DNA of 64,000 nt from an uncultured bacterium (GTDB lineage: Bacteria > JAJVIF01 > JAGGVT01): contig CBDURE010000002.1 in assembly GCA_965369605.1 (NCBI GenBank), positions 72 through 64,071 of the forward strand, given 5' to 3'. This document shows, piece by piece, positions 54,289 to 64,000 of the stretch. The notes under the pieces were generated by a model. The model was given only the letters and a program-made list of their open reading frames with translations, was not told where the DNA came from and searched no databases. Numbering within the stretch: the first letter of the stretch is position 1; every line of letters starts with the position of its first letter. Made by a program: the position numbers and the translations under genes.

Positions 54289-55556
54289 TGCCATCACTGT
54301 TAATCAAGAACGGCAGAATTGTTGACCCGGCGGGAAGCATCGACATAACCGGCGATATTCTTGTTCTTGACGGAGTAATTCACAGTGTTGGCGTTGTCGA
54401 TTCTGCAATCAAGCCGGATAAAATAATTGACGCTTCCAACTTGTGCGTTTTCCCCGGACTTATCGATGTCCACGTGCATTTCAGGGATCCCGGATTCACT
54501 CACAAGGAGGATTTCAAATCCGGTTCATCTGCTGCATTAGCTGGCGGATTCACATCCGTGATTCAGATGCCGAACACCAATCCGCCGCTTTCGACCGCCG
54601 AGTTGGTTTCTGAATATACCAGAAATGAACCAGTTCGTTCGTATGTCGCAGCTGCGGTTACATCTGATAGAGCAGGTAAACGGATAAACGACCTCGAAAC
54701 TCTTTTTAGCGCCGGCGCCGCAGCGTTCAGCGATGACGGTTCCCCTGTGCATGATGATGAAATCATGGCTGACGCGCTTATCAAATCAAAACAACTCGGA
54801 TTGAGAATCATGTCTCATGCTGAGAACCTCGAATTGGTAAAAGGAGGCGCGATTGTCAAGGGCGAGGTGGCGGATGAACTCGGATTGGCGGGAATCGAGC
54901 GGGAGGCTGAATCATCAATGGTTGAGCGGGATATCCAACTCGCTGCTAAAACACAGGGACTGCTGCATATCTGCCATGTTTCGACAAAAAAATCAGTTGA
55001 GCTTATTCGTAAAGCCAAATCCGATGGCGTGAATATAACCGCTGAGGTTACTCCGCATCACCTTTTACTGAATCATGAAGCTGTTTTAAAATATGGTTCG
55101 AACGCGAAAATGAATCCACCGCTTGCATATGAAGAGGACAGGCTGGCGTGCATTAATGGGTTAAAGGACGGTACGCTTGATATAATCGCCACCGACCACG
55201 CTCCACATTCGAAAGAGGAGAAATCCCAAAGCGTTTCCGATGCGCCGTTTGGAATAATCGGACTGGAGACATCGTTCGCGCTGATGTACACACACCTTGT
55301 GAAAACCGGCGAGTTAACGCTGATGCGGTTAATTGAGCGAATGAGTTTATTGCCATCCCGAATATTCAACCTCCCCGGAGGAAGCATCACTGCAGGCAAT
55401 CCCGCGGATATAACAATCGTCGATTTGAACGGCGAATATGCAATCGACGCCGACAAATTCCACTCCAAAAGCGCAAATACACCGTTTTACAACTGGAATG
55501 TCCAGGGCAAAATTAAATGGGCAATTGTCGATGGTGAAATCAGGTTTCCGTTTTAA
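54288..55556 (+). CDS. pyrC: Dihydroorotase (amidohydrolase superfamily)
   Basis: GLIDVHVHFRDPG (HxH metal site), MNPPL, IATDHAPH. TGATG overlap with the permease gene. Confidence 0.85.
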   Translation: MPSLLIKNGRIVDPAGSIDITGDILVLDGVIHSVGVVDSAIKPDKIIDASNLCVFPGLIDVHVHFRDPGFTHKEDFKSGSSAALAGGFTSVIQMPNTNPPLSTAELVSEYTRNEPVRSYVAAAVTSDRAGKRINDLETLFSAGAAAFSDDGSPVHDDEIMADALIKSKQLGLRIMSHAENLELVKGGAIVKGEVADELGLAGIEREAESSMVERDIQLAAKTQGLLHICHVSTKKSVELIRKAKSDGVNITAEVTPHHLLLNHEAVLKYGSNAKMNPPLAYEEDRLACINGLKDGTLDIIATDHAPHSKEEKSQSVSDAPFGIIGLETSFALMYTHLVKTGELTLMRLIERMSLLPSRIFNLPGGSITAGNPADITIVDLNGEYAIDADKFHSKSANTPFYNWNVQGKIKWAIVDGEIRFPF

Positions 55557-55635
55557 ATACTTGTCCCCATTCCAACACAGGTTGTCGTTTGTTTTGACAC
55601 ACTTTGAATAATTATTCCTTTAACAGCCAAGTTTC

Positions 55636-55816
55636 CCGTAACCCGGTCATGCCTTTATATGAAAATGTGAATCAAACCCGACAATCCTCGCAGGCATGCC
55701 GGGGTCCCGCGTATCTAGCCACCTCCCCGGAATGCCTACGAACATTGTATAATGAATTCACTCTTTTAATAAAGGCATTCCAGGTTACATTAAAACCTAT
55801 CCCTTTTTCAACGGCG
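55636..55816. repeat. Palindromic MITE/REP-like element, copy B
   Basis: Collinear with copy A. Shared blocks: CCGTAACCCG, GAAAATGTGAATC, GGCATGCCGGGG...CCCCGG-ATGCCTACGAA, GAATTCAC, TAAAGGCAT, CTTTTTCAAC. Confidence 0.75.
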
Positions 55817-55980
55817 CATAAAAAATAATCTTCCCCCAAAAAAAATCATGGCAAGAAAATTGAATGTATTTTTAACGATTACTTTAATAAATCGCTCAAG
55901 TGCATTAATATAAAATTCTATTGGATTTGCTCAGCAGTGCAAATAATTCATCAGACTCTTTGAGGGCGAGGTAAATCAGG

Positions 55981-58900
55981 ATGTCATTCCCCAAATTTAT
56001 TAAGATTGCGCTTACGTGCATCGCGGCAGGCTGCATTATTACTTCCCTTGTTACATGCAAGGAAAAACCATTGACTATTGGCAGCTTCAGCTCAACCGCA
56101 GTAACAATCGCATCCGTATTCCCAACGGGCGAGGTTTCTGTAACAGCGAATATCACAATTGATTTTACGCACAATATGGTGCCGGAGGATCAGGTCGGGA
56201 TTGAACTGCAGAACGATACGATTACTTTCACGCCTGAGATTATTGGGAAGTGCAGATGGGTCACGCCGAATAAACTTCGATTTCACCCGAAAGATCCCCT
56301 TGCGCCGGCGACAGGCTACGATGCTGAGGTTTCGCCTAAATTGAAATCACTCAAAGGGCTGCCGTTGAGAGGGCAGCGTATGTTCAGTTTCTACACAACG
56401 CCGCTAAAAGTAAAGACCGCTTATGGAAATGGGACTTTCTCAAAATCAACATCTTCGAATCTCACAACCGAATGGAAAGTTACTTTCAACCAGAAAGTCG
56501 ATCCTGTCCAGTTGAAACAACATCTAAGATTCTCTCCCGATTGGAATTTACGGCATAACCTGAAATACACTATCAGCCCTGGAACGCCCGACAAGGAGTT
56601 TACAATTACCTGCGCCTTACCGGACAAGACGCGGTTGAAGTGCAAGCGTATAAAGGTTTTTATCTCAAAACAACTGCGCGGCATTAATGGGCCTCTTGGT
56701 TTAAAATACGATTATAAATCATGGATTGGCATTGCGGCTGACCTGGTGGTGAAACAGATAAAATCGCAGCACCTGGAGAATTTGCTCTACATCAATATCG
56801 AATTTTCCGCAAAGGTTGATCCTGAAATCGCAAAAGGATATATAACGATTGAGCCTGAAATACCTTTCAAAGTTGAATCCTACAGCCGTTACCTGAATCT
56901 CAAGGGCGATTTCAAGGCGGGTAAATGGTATCTGGTCAAAATCAAAAGCGGACTTGCTGCCAATGGCGGCACCCGTCTTGAGAAGGATTTTGTCCAGAAT
57001 GTAAAAATCGGCGACCTTAAACCCTACATCAACTTCCAGCACGACGGAGTCTATCTGCCCGTAACGAATTCACAGCATATCGCGCTTGAAAGCGTAAACG
57101 TTGACAAGATAAACATTAAGATTGCCAAAATCTATAAAAATAACCTTGTTCAGTTTTTGAGAAGTTCCAACCGTTATAACGACTGGTACTCAATCGGGAA
57201 AACGGGAAAAATGGTGCATACCGAAGAGATTGAAATCGACTCGGTGAAAAACGAAACGGTAATCACTCCGATTGATGTCGGGCATTTCTTCGATGAGGGA
57301 GTACGCGGCATTTTTCAGGTTACCGCAAGGTCAGATAAGGAATACTGGGTTCGGAAGACGAACATTGCCATGATTACCGACATCGGCATCGTTGCGAGCC
57401 TCGCTGATGATGACCTTTTTGTGTGGGTCAATTCGCTTTCAACTCTGGCGCCAATTAAGAACGCTGAAATAACGCTCTACAGCAACAACAACCAGGTGAT
57501 AGCATCCGGTCGCACCAATAATAAAGGCGCATTGTTGATTAAAAATCTTGAATCGCTGAAGGAAGAAGAAGAGTATTACCCGTTTCTTATTACAGCCTCA
57601 TATCGCGATGATTTCTCGTTTATGCGCTTTGAATCCTGCCGTTTGCCGCTTGTGTCCCACGATATCGGCGGACGGCCTCTGCTGGCAAAAGGATACGAGG
57701 CTTTTCTATTTGCTGACCGTGATATTTTCCGCCCAAATGACAAAGCGCATATCGCGGCGGTGGTGCGTGGCGTGAATGTCAGCAATCCTGAATCATTCCC
57801 CGTGAAACTGAATATCATTGACCCAAGAAATAAATCATTCGATGTCATTCTCAAAACCCTCGATAAAAGCGGCATGCTCGATTTTGAAGTAATCATTCCC
57901 GATTACGCCATGACAGGAAACTATATCGCCTCGCTTTTAATCGCGGATGAGGAGATCGGCAGGATGGAATTCTTTGTCGAGGATTTCATCCCGGATAAAT
58001 CAAAAGTTGTAATTCAAACGGACAAGGAATCGTACCGTACGGGAGAGACGATCAAAATTAATGTTGCGGGAAATTACCTGTTCGGCCCTCCCGCCGCTAA
58101 CCAGAGAGTCCAATGCAAGCTGCTTGTTAAATCATATCCGTTCAGTTGCTTAAAATTCGCGGATTACACATTTGGAGATGCTGACAGAAAATTTGAGGAA
58201 ATTGAAATCGAACTCGGCGACGGGATACTGGATGAGAACGGTAAATACACATTTGAAGGCGAAATCCCGGACAATATCTCTCCGGCATCAACTCTCAAAT
58301 GCACAATCGCTGTAACCTTGAATGAAGAGGGCGGACGGGCTGTTAGCGCGTACACCGATGTTACTGTCCATCCCTGGCCTTTCTATATTGGATTGAGGCC
58401 GAAGTCTGACGATTACGCTGAAATCGGGAAAACTTACGATATCAACTTTGTGTATGTTAATCCTGACTGCACAGATAAAGAACCTGAAATCCTGGAAGCG
58501 AAAATCTACAGGGTCGTTTACAACACAACTCGCAGCCGTTACGGTTACGGCTACAGCAGATACACATCCGAAAGAAGCGATGAACTCCTGCACACAATCG
58601 AAATAGATCCCGCAACAACGAAAACAATCAGTTTCAAACCTGAGAAGTACGGCAGATATAAAATCCTTTTGGGCACGCCCGACGGCGGCACATCGAGCGC
58701 GATTATGTTTTACGCGTCCGGCTGGGGATACGCTCCGTGGTCGATGGAGAATCCCGGAAGGATTGAAATCGAAGTTGAAAAAGAGATTTATAAATCAGGC
58801 GACAAAGCGAAACTCCTTGTTAAATCCCCATTCCCGGGCAAACTTTTGCTGCTCGTCCAGCGTGAAAAGGTTTTTGATTACAGGATTGTCAATATGCCTG

Positions 58901-61371
58901 AAAACACGGCTACAATCACCATCCCGGTCAGATCGGAATACCTGCCCAATGTCTATGTTTCAGCTACGGTTATCAAATCGCTCGATGAATATGATGGCGA
59001 ATCGCCCATGAGGGCATTTGGAATCACGCCGCTGATGGTGAATGCATCCGGCAGAAAACTGGGCATTGAGATTTCATCGCCGGAGGAAATCCGTCCCGGC
59101 AAAAAACTGAATTTGAATGTAAAAGTAAATAACAGCAAAGGGGTGTCTCATATTGCAATTGCCGCTGTCGATGAGGGAATCCTGCAGCTTACGGGCTATC
59201 CAACACCGGACCCCTTTGAATTCTTCTATGGCAAAAAGCGCCTGAGCGCCGAGTATTTCGATATCTTCTCATTCGTGTTTCCCGAACTCGACAAGTTCAA
59301 AACCCAACCCGCCGGTGATGGCTATGATGAACAAAGAAAGAAGCATCTAACCCCTGTTGGAATCAAGCGTGTCGAGCCAATATCTCTCTGGTCGGGAATT
59401 GTTAAAACCGATTCCAAAGGCAACGCGAAAGTGAGTTTTGACATTCCCGAGTTCCAGGGACAGCTTCGAATCATGGCTGTCGCGGTTAATTCCTCACGTG
59501 TGGGAAATATGGAGAAAGATATTTTTGTTCGCGACAAGCTGATTCTCAAACCGACACTGCCCAGGTTCATTTCATCGCTGGATGATTTCATCCTGCCGGT
59601 CATGGTTTTCAATAACACCACCAAAGATGGCGATTTCGAGGTGAAACTCGATATCGACGGCGATGTGTCTATTTTAAATAACAGCGCGCAAAGCGTGCAA
59701 ATCGCGGATGGTGAATCAAAAGCGATCAGTTACAGGTTGAAAGTTGGAAATTCAATAGGGAAGGCATCCTTCACAATCTCAGCGTCAGGAGCGGATGAAA
59801 CCACCAAAACGACAATCAACGTACCGATTAGGCCGTCATCGCCGGTAATCACGAAAACGGGAAGCGCCGCCATTACCGAATCCGAACCGTTGGAAATCGA
59901 CCTGCCGGGCGGATTCCTCGAAAGCACACAAAACGCGAAACTGATTATCTCATCGTTCCCGCAGGTTCAATTCACAGCAAGTTTGCAATATCTTCTCAAA
60001 TATCCGCATGGATGCCTTGAACAGACAACATCGCGAGTCTTTCCACTTTTGTATTTCGATGAGATTGCCAGAAACGCTGAGCCAGAGCTTTTCGAGAAAA
60101 ACAGCGCGTGGTTTTTTGTCGAGAAAGGAATCAACAAGATAATCACAAAGCAGCGCTATGACGGCTCATTTACATACTGGTCCCGAGGAAATCGCGTTTG
60201 CACATGGAGTTCAATCTATGCCACGCACTTTCTGGTCGAGGCGAGAATAGCCGGATATCACATTCCGGACGGCGTATATGATGACATGCTCAAATATCTT
60301 AAAAATTATGTAAAGGAGCCTTTGGACCAGGATTATCTTTGGCAAAGGCAGATTTACGCGTGCTATGTTCTCTCTATTGCCGGCATGCCTCCCAAATCCA
60401 GCATCGATTATTTCAAGGAGAACAAACTTAAAAGTATGCCGCTGTCATCACAGTACCAGCTTGCCCAGTGCTACATAATAGCCGGCGATGAAAAAACCGC
60501 AAAGAAACTGCTACCGGACGACATCCATCCGGTAACGGTTGAGCGGGAGACAGGGCGCAACTTCAGATCATCGACACGTGAAAACGCGATTATGCTTAAC
60601 GCTCTGCATGAAATATCACCGGAGCATCCGGGAATCCCCATTCTTGTTAAAGAATTAAGCGACTCTGTTAATTTTGGCAGATGGTACACAACGCAGGAAA
60701 ACGCTTTCGCTCTGATAGCGATTGGCAAAGTAATGAAATCGCAGGAGGACGCGAATTACACCGGCAAGATTTTTGTCGACAGGGAAATGCATAGTGAATT
60801 CAATACAGACGGGTTGGAAATCCAAGGCAGTGAAATTGTCGGGAAGAATGTGAAAATCAGCATAAACGGGACAGGGCGATGTTATCTATACTGGCAGGCA
60901 TGGGGCGTTCCCGAAAAACCGGTCTTTGATGAGTATGACAAGGGAATCAGAGTCAAGAGAAGATATCTGGACATCGACGGCAATCCGCTTGATTACACGG
61001 CTGTTAAACGCGGCAGCCTGGTCGTTGCTGAAATAACAATGCATGCGTTGAACAAGAATCTCGATAATGTGATCATCGACGACATGCTGCCGGCTGGATT
61101 TGAAATTGAAAATCCCCGCCTTCAGTCGAGAGCGCAAATCGGCTGGGTGCAGAAAAAGAAGAAGGACTTCTATCAAGATTACATGGATATTCGTGATGAC
61201 CGCCTTCTTTTATACGTATCGCTGCAAAGATACAAACCGGCAACATTCTATTACTCGCTACGCGCGGTTACATGCGGCAATTTCGCGCTTCCGCCAATAT
61301 CCGCGGAATGCATGTATGACCCGACATACACCAGCGTGCAATCATCGGGGACGATTACAGTTGTTGATTAG
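55981..61371 (+). CDS. Bacterial alpha-2-macroglobulin family lipoprotein (1796 aa)
   Basis: Lipobox SLVTC. Thioester motif in YPHGCLEQTTSR (CLEQ at 60013-60024). Size and downstream pbpC match the known alpha-2-macroglobulin/PBP1C pairing. Confidence 0.9.
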   Translation: MSFPKFIKIALTCIAAGCIITSLVTCKEKPLTIGSFSSTAVTIASVFPTGEVSVTANITIDFTHNMVPEDQVGIELQNDTITFTPEIIGKCRWVTPNKLRFHPKDPLAPATGYDAEVSPKLKSLKGLPLRGQRMFSFYTTPLKVKTAYGNGTFSKSTSSNLTTEWKVTFNQKVDPVQLKQHLRFSPDWNLRHNLKYTISPGTPDKEFTITCALPDKTRLKCKRIKVFISKQLRGINGPLGLKYDYKSWIGIAADLVVKQIKSQHLENLLYINIEFSAKVDPEIAKGYITIEPEIPFKVESYSRYLNLKGDFKAGKWYLVKIKSGLAANGGTRLEKDFVQNVKIGDLKPYINFQHDGVYLPVTNSQHIALESVNVDKINIKIAKIYKNNLVQFLRSSNRYNDWYSIGKTGKMVHTEEIEIDSVKNETVITPIDVGHFFDEGVRGIFQVTARSDKEYWVRKTNIAMITDIGIVASLADDDLFVWVNSLSTLAPIKNAEITLYSNNNQVIASGRTNNKGALLIKNLESLKEEEEYYPFLITASYRDDFSFMRFESCRLPLVSHDIGGRPLLAKGYEAFLFADRDIFRPNDKAHIAAVVRGVNVSNPESFPVKLNIIDPRNKSFDVILKTLDKSGMLDFEVIIPDYAMTGNYIASLLIADEEIGRMEFFVEDFIPDKSKVVIQTDKESYRTGETIKINVAGNYLFGPPAANQRVQCKLLVKSYPFSCLKFADYTFGDADRKFEEIEIELGDGILDENGKYTFEGEIPDNISPASTLKCTIAVTLNEEGGRAVSAYTDVTVHPWPFYIGLRPKSDDYAEIGKTYDINFVYVNPDCTDKEPEILEAKIYRVVYNTTRSRYGYGYSRYTSERSDELLHTIEIDPATTKTISFKPEKYGRYKILLGTPDGGTSSAIMFYASGWGYAPWSMENPGRIEIEVEKEIYKSGDKAKLLVKSPFPGKLLLLVQREKVFDYRIVNMPENTATITIPVRSEYLPNVYVSATVIKSLDEYDGESPMRAFGITPLMVNASGRKLGIEISSPEEIRPGKKLNLNVKVNNSKGVSHIAIAAVDEGILQLTGYPTPDPFEFFYGKKRLSAEYFDIFSFVFPELDKFKTQPAGDGYDEQRKKHLTPVGIKRVEPISLWSGIVKTDSKGNAKVSFDIPEFQGQLRIMAVAVNSSRVGNMEKDIFVRDKLILKPTLPRFISSLDDFILPVMVFNNTTKDGDFEVKLDIDGDVSILNNSAQSVQIADGESKAISYRLKVGNSIGKASFTISASGADETTKTTINVPIRPSSPVITKTGSAAITESEPLEIDLPGGFLESTQNAKLIISSFPQVQFTASLQYLLKYPHGCLEQTTSRVFPLLYFDEIARNAEPELFEKNSAWFFVEKGINKIITKQRYDGSFTYWSRGNRVCTWSSIYATHFLVEARIAGYHIPDGVYDDMLKYLKNYVKEPLDQDYLWQRQIYACYVLSIAGMPPKSSIDYFKENKLKSMPLSSQYQLAQCYIIAGDEKTAKKLLPDDIHPVTVERETGRNFRSSTRENAIMLNALHEISPEHPGIPILVKELSDSVNFGRWYTTQENAFALIAIGKVMKSQEDANYTGKIFVDREMHSEFNTDGLEIQGSEIVGKNVKISINGTGRCYLYWQAWGVPEKPVFDEYDKGIRVKRRYLDIDGNPLDYTAVKRGSLVVAEITMHALNKNLDNVIIDDMLPAGFEIENPRLQSRAQIGWVQKKKKDFYQDYMDIRDDRLLLYVSLQRYKPATFYYSLRAVTCGNFALPPISAECMYDPTYTSVQSSGTITVVD

Positions 61372-61374
61372 TGC

Positions 61375-61406
61375 GATTAACAGAATGTCCGATTAACAGG
61401 ATGTCC
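61375..61406. repeat. Tandem 16-nt direct repeat
   Basis: GATTAACAGAATGTCC followed by GATTAACAGGATGTCC. A third partial copy, CAGAATGTCCG, is at 61560-61570. Confidence 0.8.
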
Positions 61407-61452
61407 GAGCCCCGAACGTAAGTGAGGGATAGGCGCCAATTTGATTCAAAAT

Positions 61453-61560
61453 GCCGGGTGCCGCCCATAAAGCCCTCCGGGCTTTATGGGTGAAATGTTA
61501 CGAAGTTACGCGTTTCACCCACAAATCACAAAAAGACGTGATGTGTGGGCGGCACCCGGC
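61453..61560 (+). other. 108-nt multi-hairpin (cloverleaf-like) GC-rich element in the alpha-2-macroglobulin/pbpC spacer
   Basis: Closing stem GCCGGGTGCCGCCCA (61453-61467) pairs with TGGGCGGCACCCGGC (61546-61560). Three internal hairpins: CATAAAGCCC-tcc-GGGCTTTATG, GGGTGAAA..TTTCACCC, and ACAAATCAC..GTGATGTGT. Confidence 0.6.
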
Positions 61561-61708
61561 AGAATGTCCGCCCCCACCCCAGCCCTCCCCGCGAGCGGGG
61601 AGGGAGAAAATAGTATCTATTGTTCGTGGGTGTATATATTGCACATGTGATTTACAACAAAAAAACAACATTTCCTCCCGCTCGCGGGGGGATTAAGGGG
61701 GGGAGGCA

Positions 61709-64000
61709 ATGAATCTGTTAAAAAAACATAACGAAACCCCTCTTCATCAACGGCTACAGCGACTCATCATCGCATTATTCCTGCTGCCGCTAATATCGTT
61801 CTTGATTCTCAATCTGCTATATCCGCTTCCAACCGGCAAACTCACACGCGATTCATCCACCGCTGTCTATGCGAAAAACGGTGAACTTCTAAGTTTGTAC
61901 CTGTCCGATGATGACTTCTGGCGCATCAGGACTGAGATTGATGACATTCCCCAGTTTATGCAAAAAGCGTTAATCGAGTATGAGGACAAATGGTTTTATT
62001 ATCATCCCGGAGTCAATCCGGTATCGCTGGCAAGGGCGTTTGCTGCAAATATAAAATCCGGCAGAAAGGCATGCGGCGGCTCGACTGTAACAATGCAGAT
62101 CGCGCGAATGATGAAGCCGAAACCGCGGACATACAAATCCAAACTGATTGAAATATTCCGGGCATTTCAAATTGAATCGAGATACACAAAAAAAGAAATA
62201 CTTGCAATTTATTTCAACCTGGCGCCTTATGGCGGCAACATAGAGGGAATCGGAGCAGCGTCATATTTCTACTTTGGGAAATCATCCGCGGTGTTGAGTA
62301 AAAGCGACTCGCTGGCACTTGTCGGGCTTCCGAATTCACCTAACCGCCTTCGCCCTGATCTGCATTATGAGCGGGCTGTGCGTCATCGCGACAAAATCGC
62401 CAATCTGATCAACCAAAAAGGATTGATTTCAAACGAGGAATTGGAGGATATCATTACGGACACGATTCCAGAAAAACGATTCCCCGCGCCATCATCAGCG
62501 CCCCACTATTCAAGGCTGATAAAGCGGAAGTACTGTAATGATGCGAAAATCAAAACAACTCTCGATATGCCTGTCCAGCGAATCTGCGAGGATTTGCTTG
62601 ATGAGCATTTGTCGCCGCTAATGAAACGCGGCATTTCAAACGGCGCGGTTGTTGTTATCGAAAACAAAACCCGCGCTGTTCGGGCGATGGTCGGATCGAA
62701 GGATTTTTACGATTCAATCAATTGTGGGCAGGTAAACGGCGCGACATCCCCGCGCTCCCCCGGGTCCGCGCTTAAACCGTTTGTATATGCTCTTGCTTAT
62801 AATGAGGGGCTTATTTCTCCGAGGACAATGTTGTCCGATGTGCCGATCAATTATTCAGGTTATACGCCGTCAAACTACAGTGATAATCACCTGGGCAGCG
62901 TTTCAGCAGAGGATGCGTTGAAGTTTTCATTAAATATTCCCGTAATCAATCTTCATTCCAAACTCGAAAACAGATTCTACAACCTGTTGAAATCAGGCGG
63001 AATCACGACCCTGGCAAAACCGTACGAGCATTACGGACTGCCCCTTGCGCTTGGCGCGGGTGAGGTTACACTTCTGGAACTGGCAAATTTGTATTCAACT
63101 CTGGCAAGTGATGGGAACTATCGGCCATACAGGCTTGTTGAATCTCAAATGCAAGACGACTCAAAGCCGCTATTTTCAGATGCCGCATCATATATCATTA
63201 CTGAAATACTGGCTGATATCAGGCGCCCTGACCTTCCCGACTGCTGGGAATCATCGGTTAATCGCCCCAAAATCGCGTGGAAAACCGGGACATCCTACGG
63301 CAACCGCGACGCTTGGAGCATCGGTTATAATCCCGAATACACAATCGGAGTCTGGATTGGGAATTTCTCAGCAAGGGAATCTGATAACCTTGTCGGCGCT
63401 GAGGTCGCGGCGCCATTGCTGTTCGATATTTTTAATTCACTTAACGTTTCATCATCATGGTTTGCCAAGCCGGAATCCACAGGCACACGCAAAGTCTGCT
63501 CAGTCAGCGGAATGCCAGTGAACGATTTCTGCCCACATTCAGTAACAGAGATGTATATCCCGGGAATCTCGCCATCAGTTAAATGCAACATGCACAAGAG
63601 ATTTTATATCGATGATGAAACCGGCATGAGGCTGACGATGGCAAATCGGCATGAACACAAGCATTCACAAAAGGTTTATGAAATCCTGCCGCAGAAAATA
63701 GCATCATGGCGAAAACAGATGGGATATCCCGTCGATGAAATCCCACCTCTGCTGCAGGATTCCTCATTCCATTCAAGCGAAAGCAATCCCGTGATTCTCT
63801 CTCCACAAAACACGTCATCTTTCGTGCTGCAGAAGTACGTTCCGGTGGAGCATCAGCGAATTCTTCTGAAGGCATCGGTTTCAAACACCATTAAGCAATT
63901 GTTCTGGTTTGTGGATGGCGAGCTTTTAACAAAGTGCGCTCCCCATGATGACCAGTTCTACTATCCAACGCCGGGGAATCATAAAATCGCCTGCATGGAC
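61709..64000 (+). CDS. pbpC: Penicillin-binding protein 1C (bifunctional glycosyltransferase/transpeptidase), 3-prime end beyond the window
   Basis: Not in the ORF track because there is no stop in the window. ATG at 61709 is open to 64000 (764 codons). GT51 motifs EDKWFYYHPGVNP, GGSTVTMQIARM, KKEILAIYFNLAPYG. Transpeptidase motifs SPGSALKP, YTPSNY, WKTGTS. Confidence 0.85.
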   Translation, partial: MNLLKKHNETPLHQRLQRLIIALFLLPLISFLILNLLYPLPTGKLTRDSSTAVYAKNGELLSLYLSDDDFWRIRTEIDDIPQFMQKALIEYEDKWFYYHPGVNPVSLARAFAANIKSGRKACGGSTVTMQIARMMKPKPRTYKSKLIEIFRAFQIESRYTKKEILAIYFNLAPYGGNIEGIGAASYFYFGKSSAVLSKSDSLALVGLPNSPNRLRPDLHYERAVRHRDKIANLINQKGLISNEELEDIITDTIPEKRFPAPSSAPHYSRLIKRKYCNDAKIKTTLDMPVQRICEDLLDEHLSPLMKRGISNGAVVVIENKTRAVRAMVGSKDFYDSINCGQVNGATSPRSPGSALKPFVYALAYNEGLISPRTMLSDVPINYSGYTPSNYSDNHLGSVSAEDALKFSLNIPVINLHSKLENRFYNLLKSGGITTLAKPYEHYGLPLALGAGEVTLLELANLYSTLASDGNYRPYRLVESQMQDDSKPLFSDAASYIITEILADIRRPDLPDCWESSVNRPKIAWKTGTSYGNRDAWSIGYNPEYTIGVWIGNFSARESDNLVGAEVAAPLLFDIFNSLNVSSSWFAKPESTGTRKVCSVSGMPVNDFCPHSVTEMYIPGISPSVKCNMHKRFYIDDETGMRLTMANRHEHKHSQKVYEILPQKIASWRKQMGYPVDEIPPLLQDSSFHSSESNPVILSPQNTSSFVLQKYVPVEHQRILLKASVSNTIKQLFWFVDGELLTKCAPHDDQFYYPTPGNHKIACMD

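Noticed and set aside
61453-61560. Cloverleaf-like fold as a tRNA or tmRNA.
   Set aside because: It is 108 nt with a 13-15-bp closing stem and no T-loop (GTTCRANYC) or D-loop consensus. It is not a tRNA. The track ORF 61451-61696 across it is also not credible.

Overview
64-kb bacterial window; I cannot assign taxonomy from sequence alone. All functional calls come from reading motifs in the supplied translations and the DNA. No searches were run.

The left ~44 kb looks accessory, and almost every gene there is on the minus strand:
- (i) A degenerate IS3-family insertion sequence (520-1808).
- (ii) A 13-gene, largely translationally coupled, ACP-centred biosynthetic operon (1980-16423). It has no NRPS/PKS megasynthase and carries an embedded UvrA-like gene that lacks the UvrB-binding domain.
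- (iii) An AT-rich spacer containing a vsr (very-short-patch repair endonuclease) relic.
- (iv) A 12.5-kb, eight-gene defence operon (17853-30311). Here hsdM-hsdS-hsdR are interrupted by an HTH/ImmA-IrrE peptidase + DUF4411 pair. They are preceded by a tightly coupled triad: a wHTH/PD-(D/E)XK-like protein, a double zinc-ribbon protein, and a PHP-phosphoesterase fused to a Rad50/SMC-like ATPase. This triad is my best candidate for an undescribed system.
- (v) Three very large lipoproteins (30488-38455), bracketed by a diverged 88-nt direct repeat.
- (vi) Conjugative-element debris (39119-43959).

The right ~20 kb looks like core chromosome. It holds endonuclease III, a nuclease-less N6-adenine methyltransferase, and a 1261-aa protein with one kinase, two pseudokinase domains, a pseudo-PP2C domain and TPRs. 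It also holds an ABC-2 exporter coupled to pyrC, and alpha-2-macroglobulin followed by pbpC (which runs off the right edge). GC-rich palindromic MITE/REP-like repeats sit in the spacers. I saw no rRNA, tRNA or CRISPR array.
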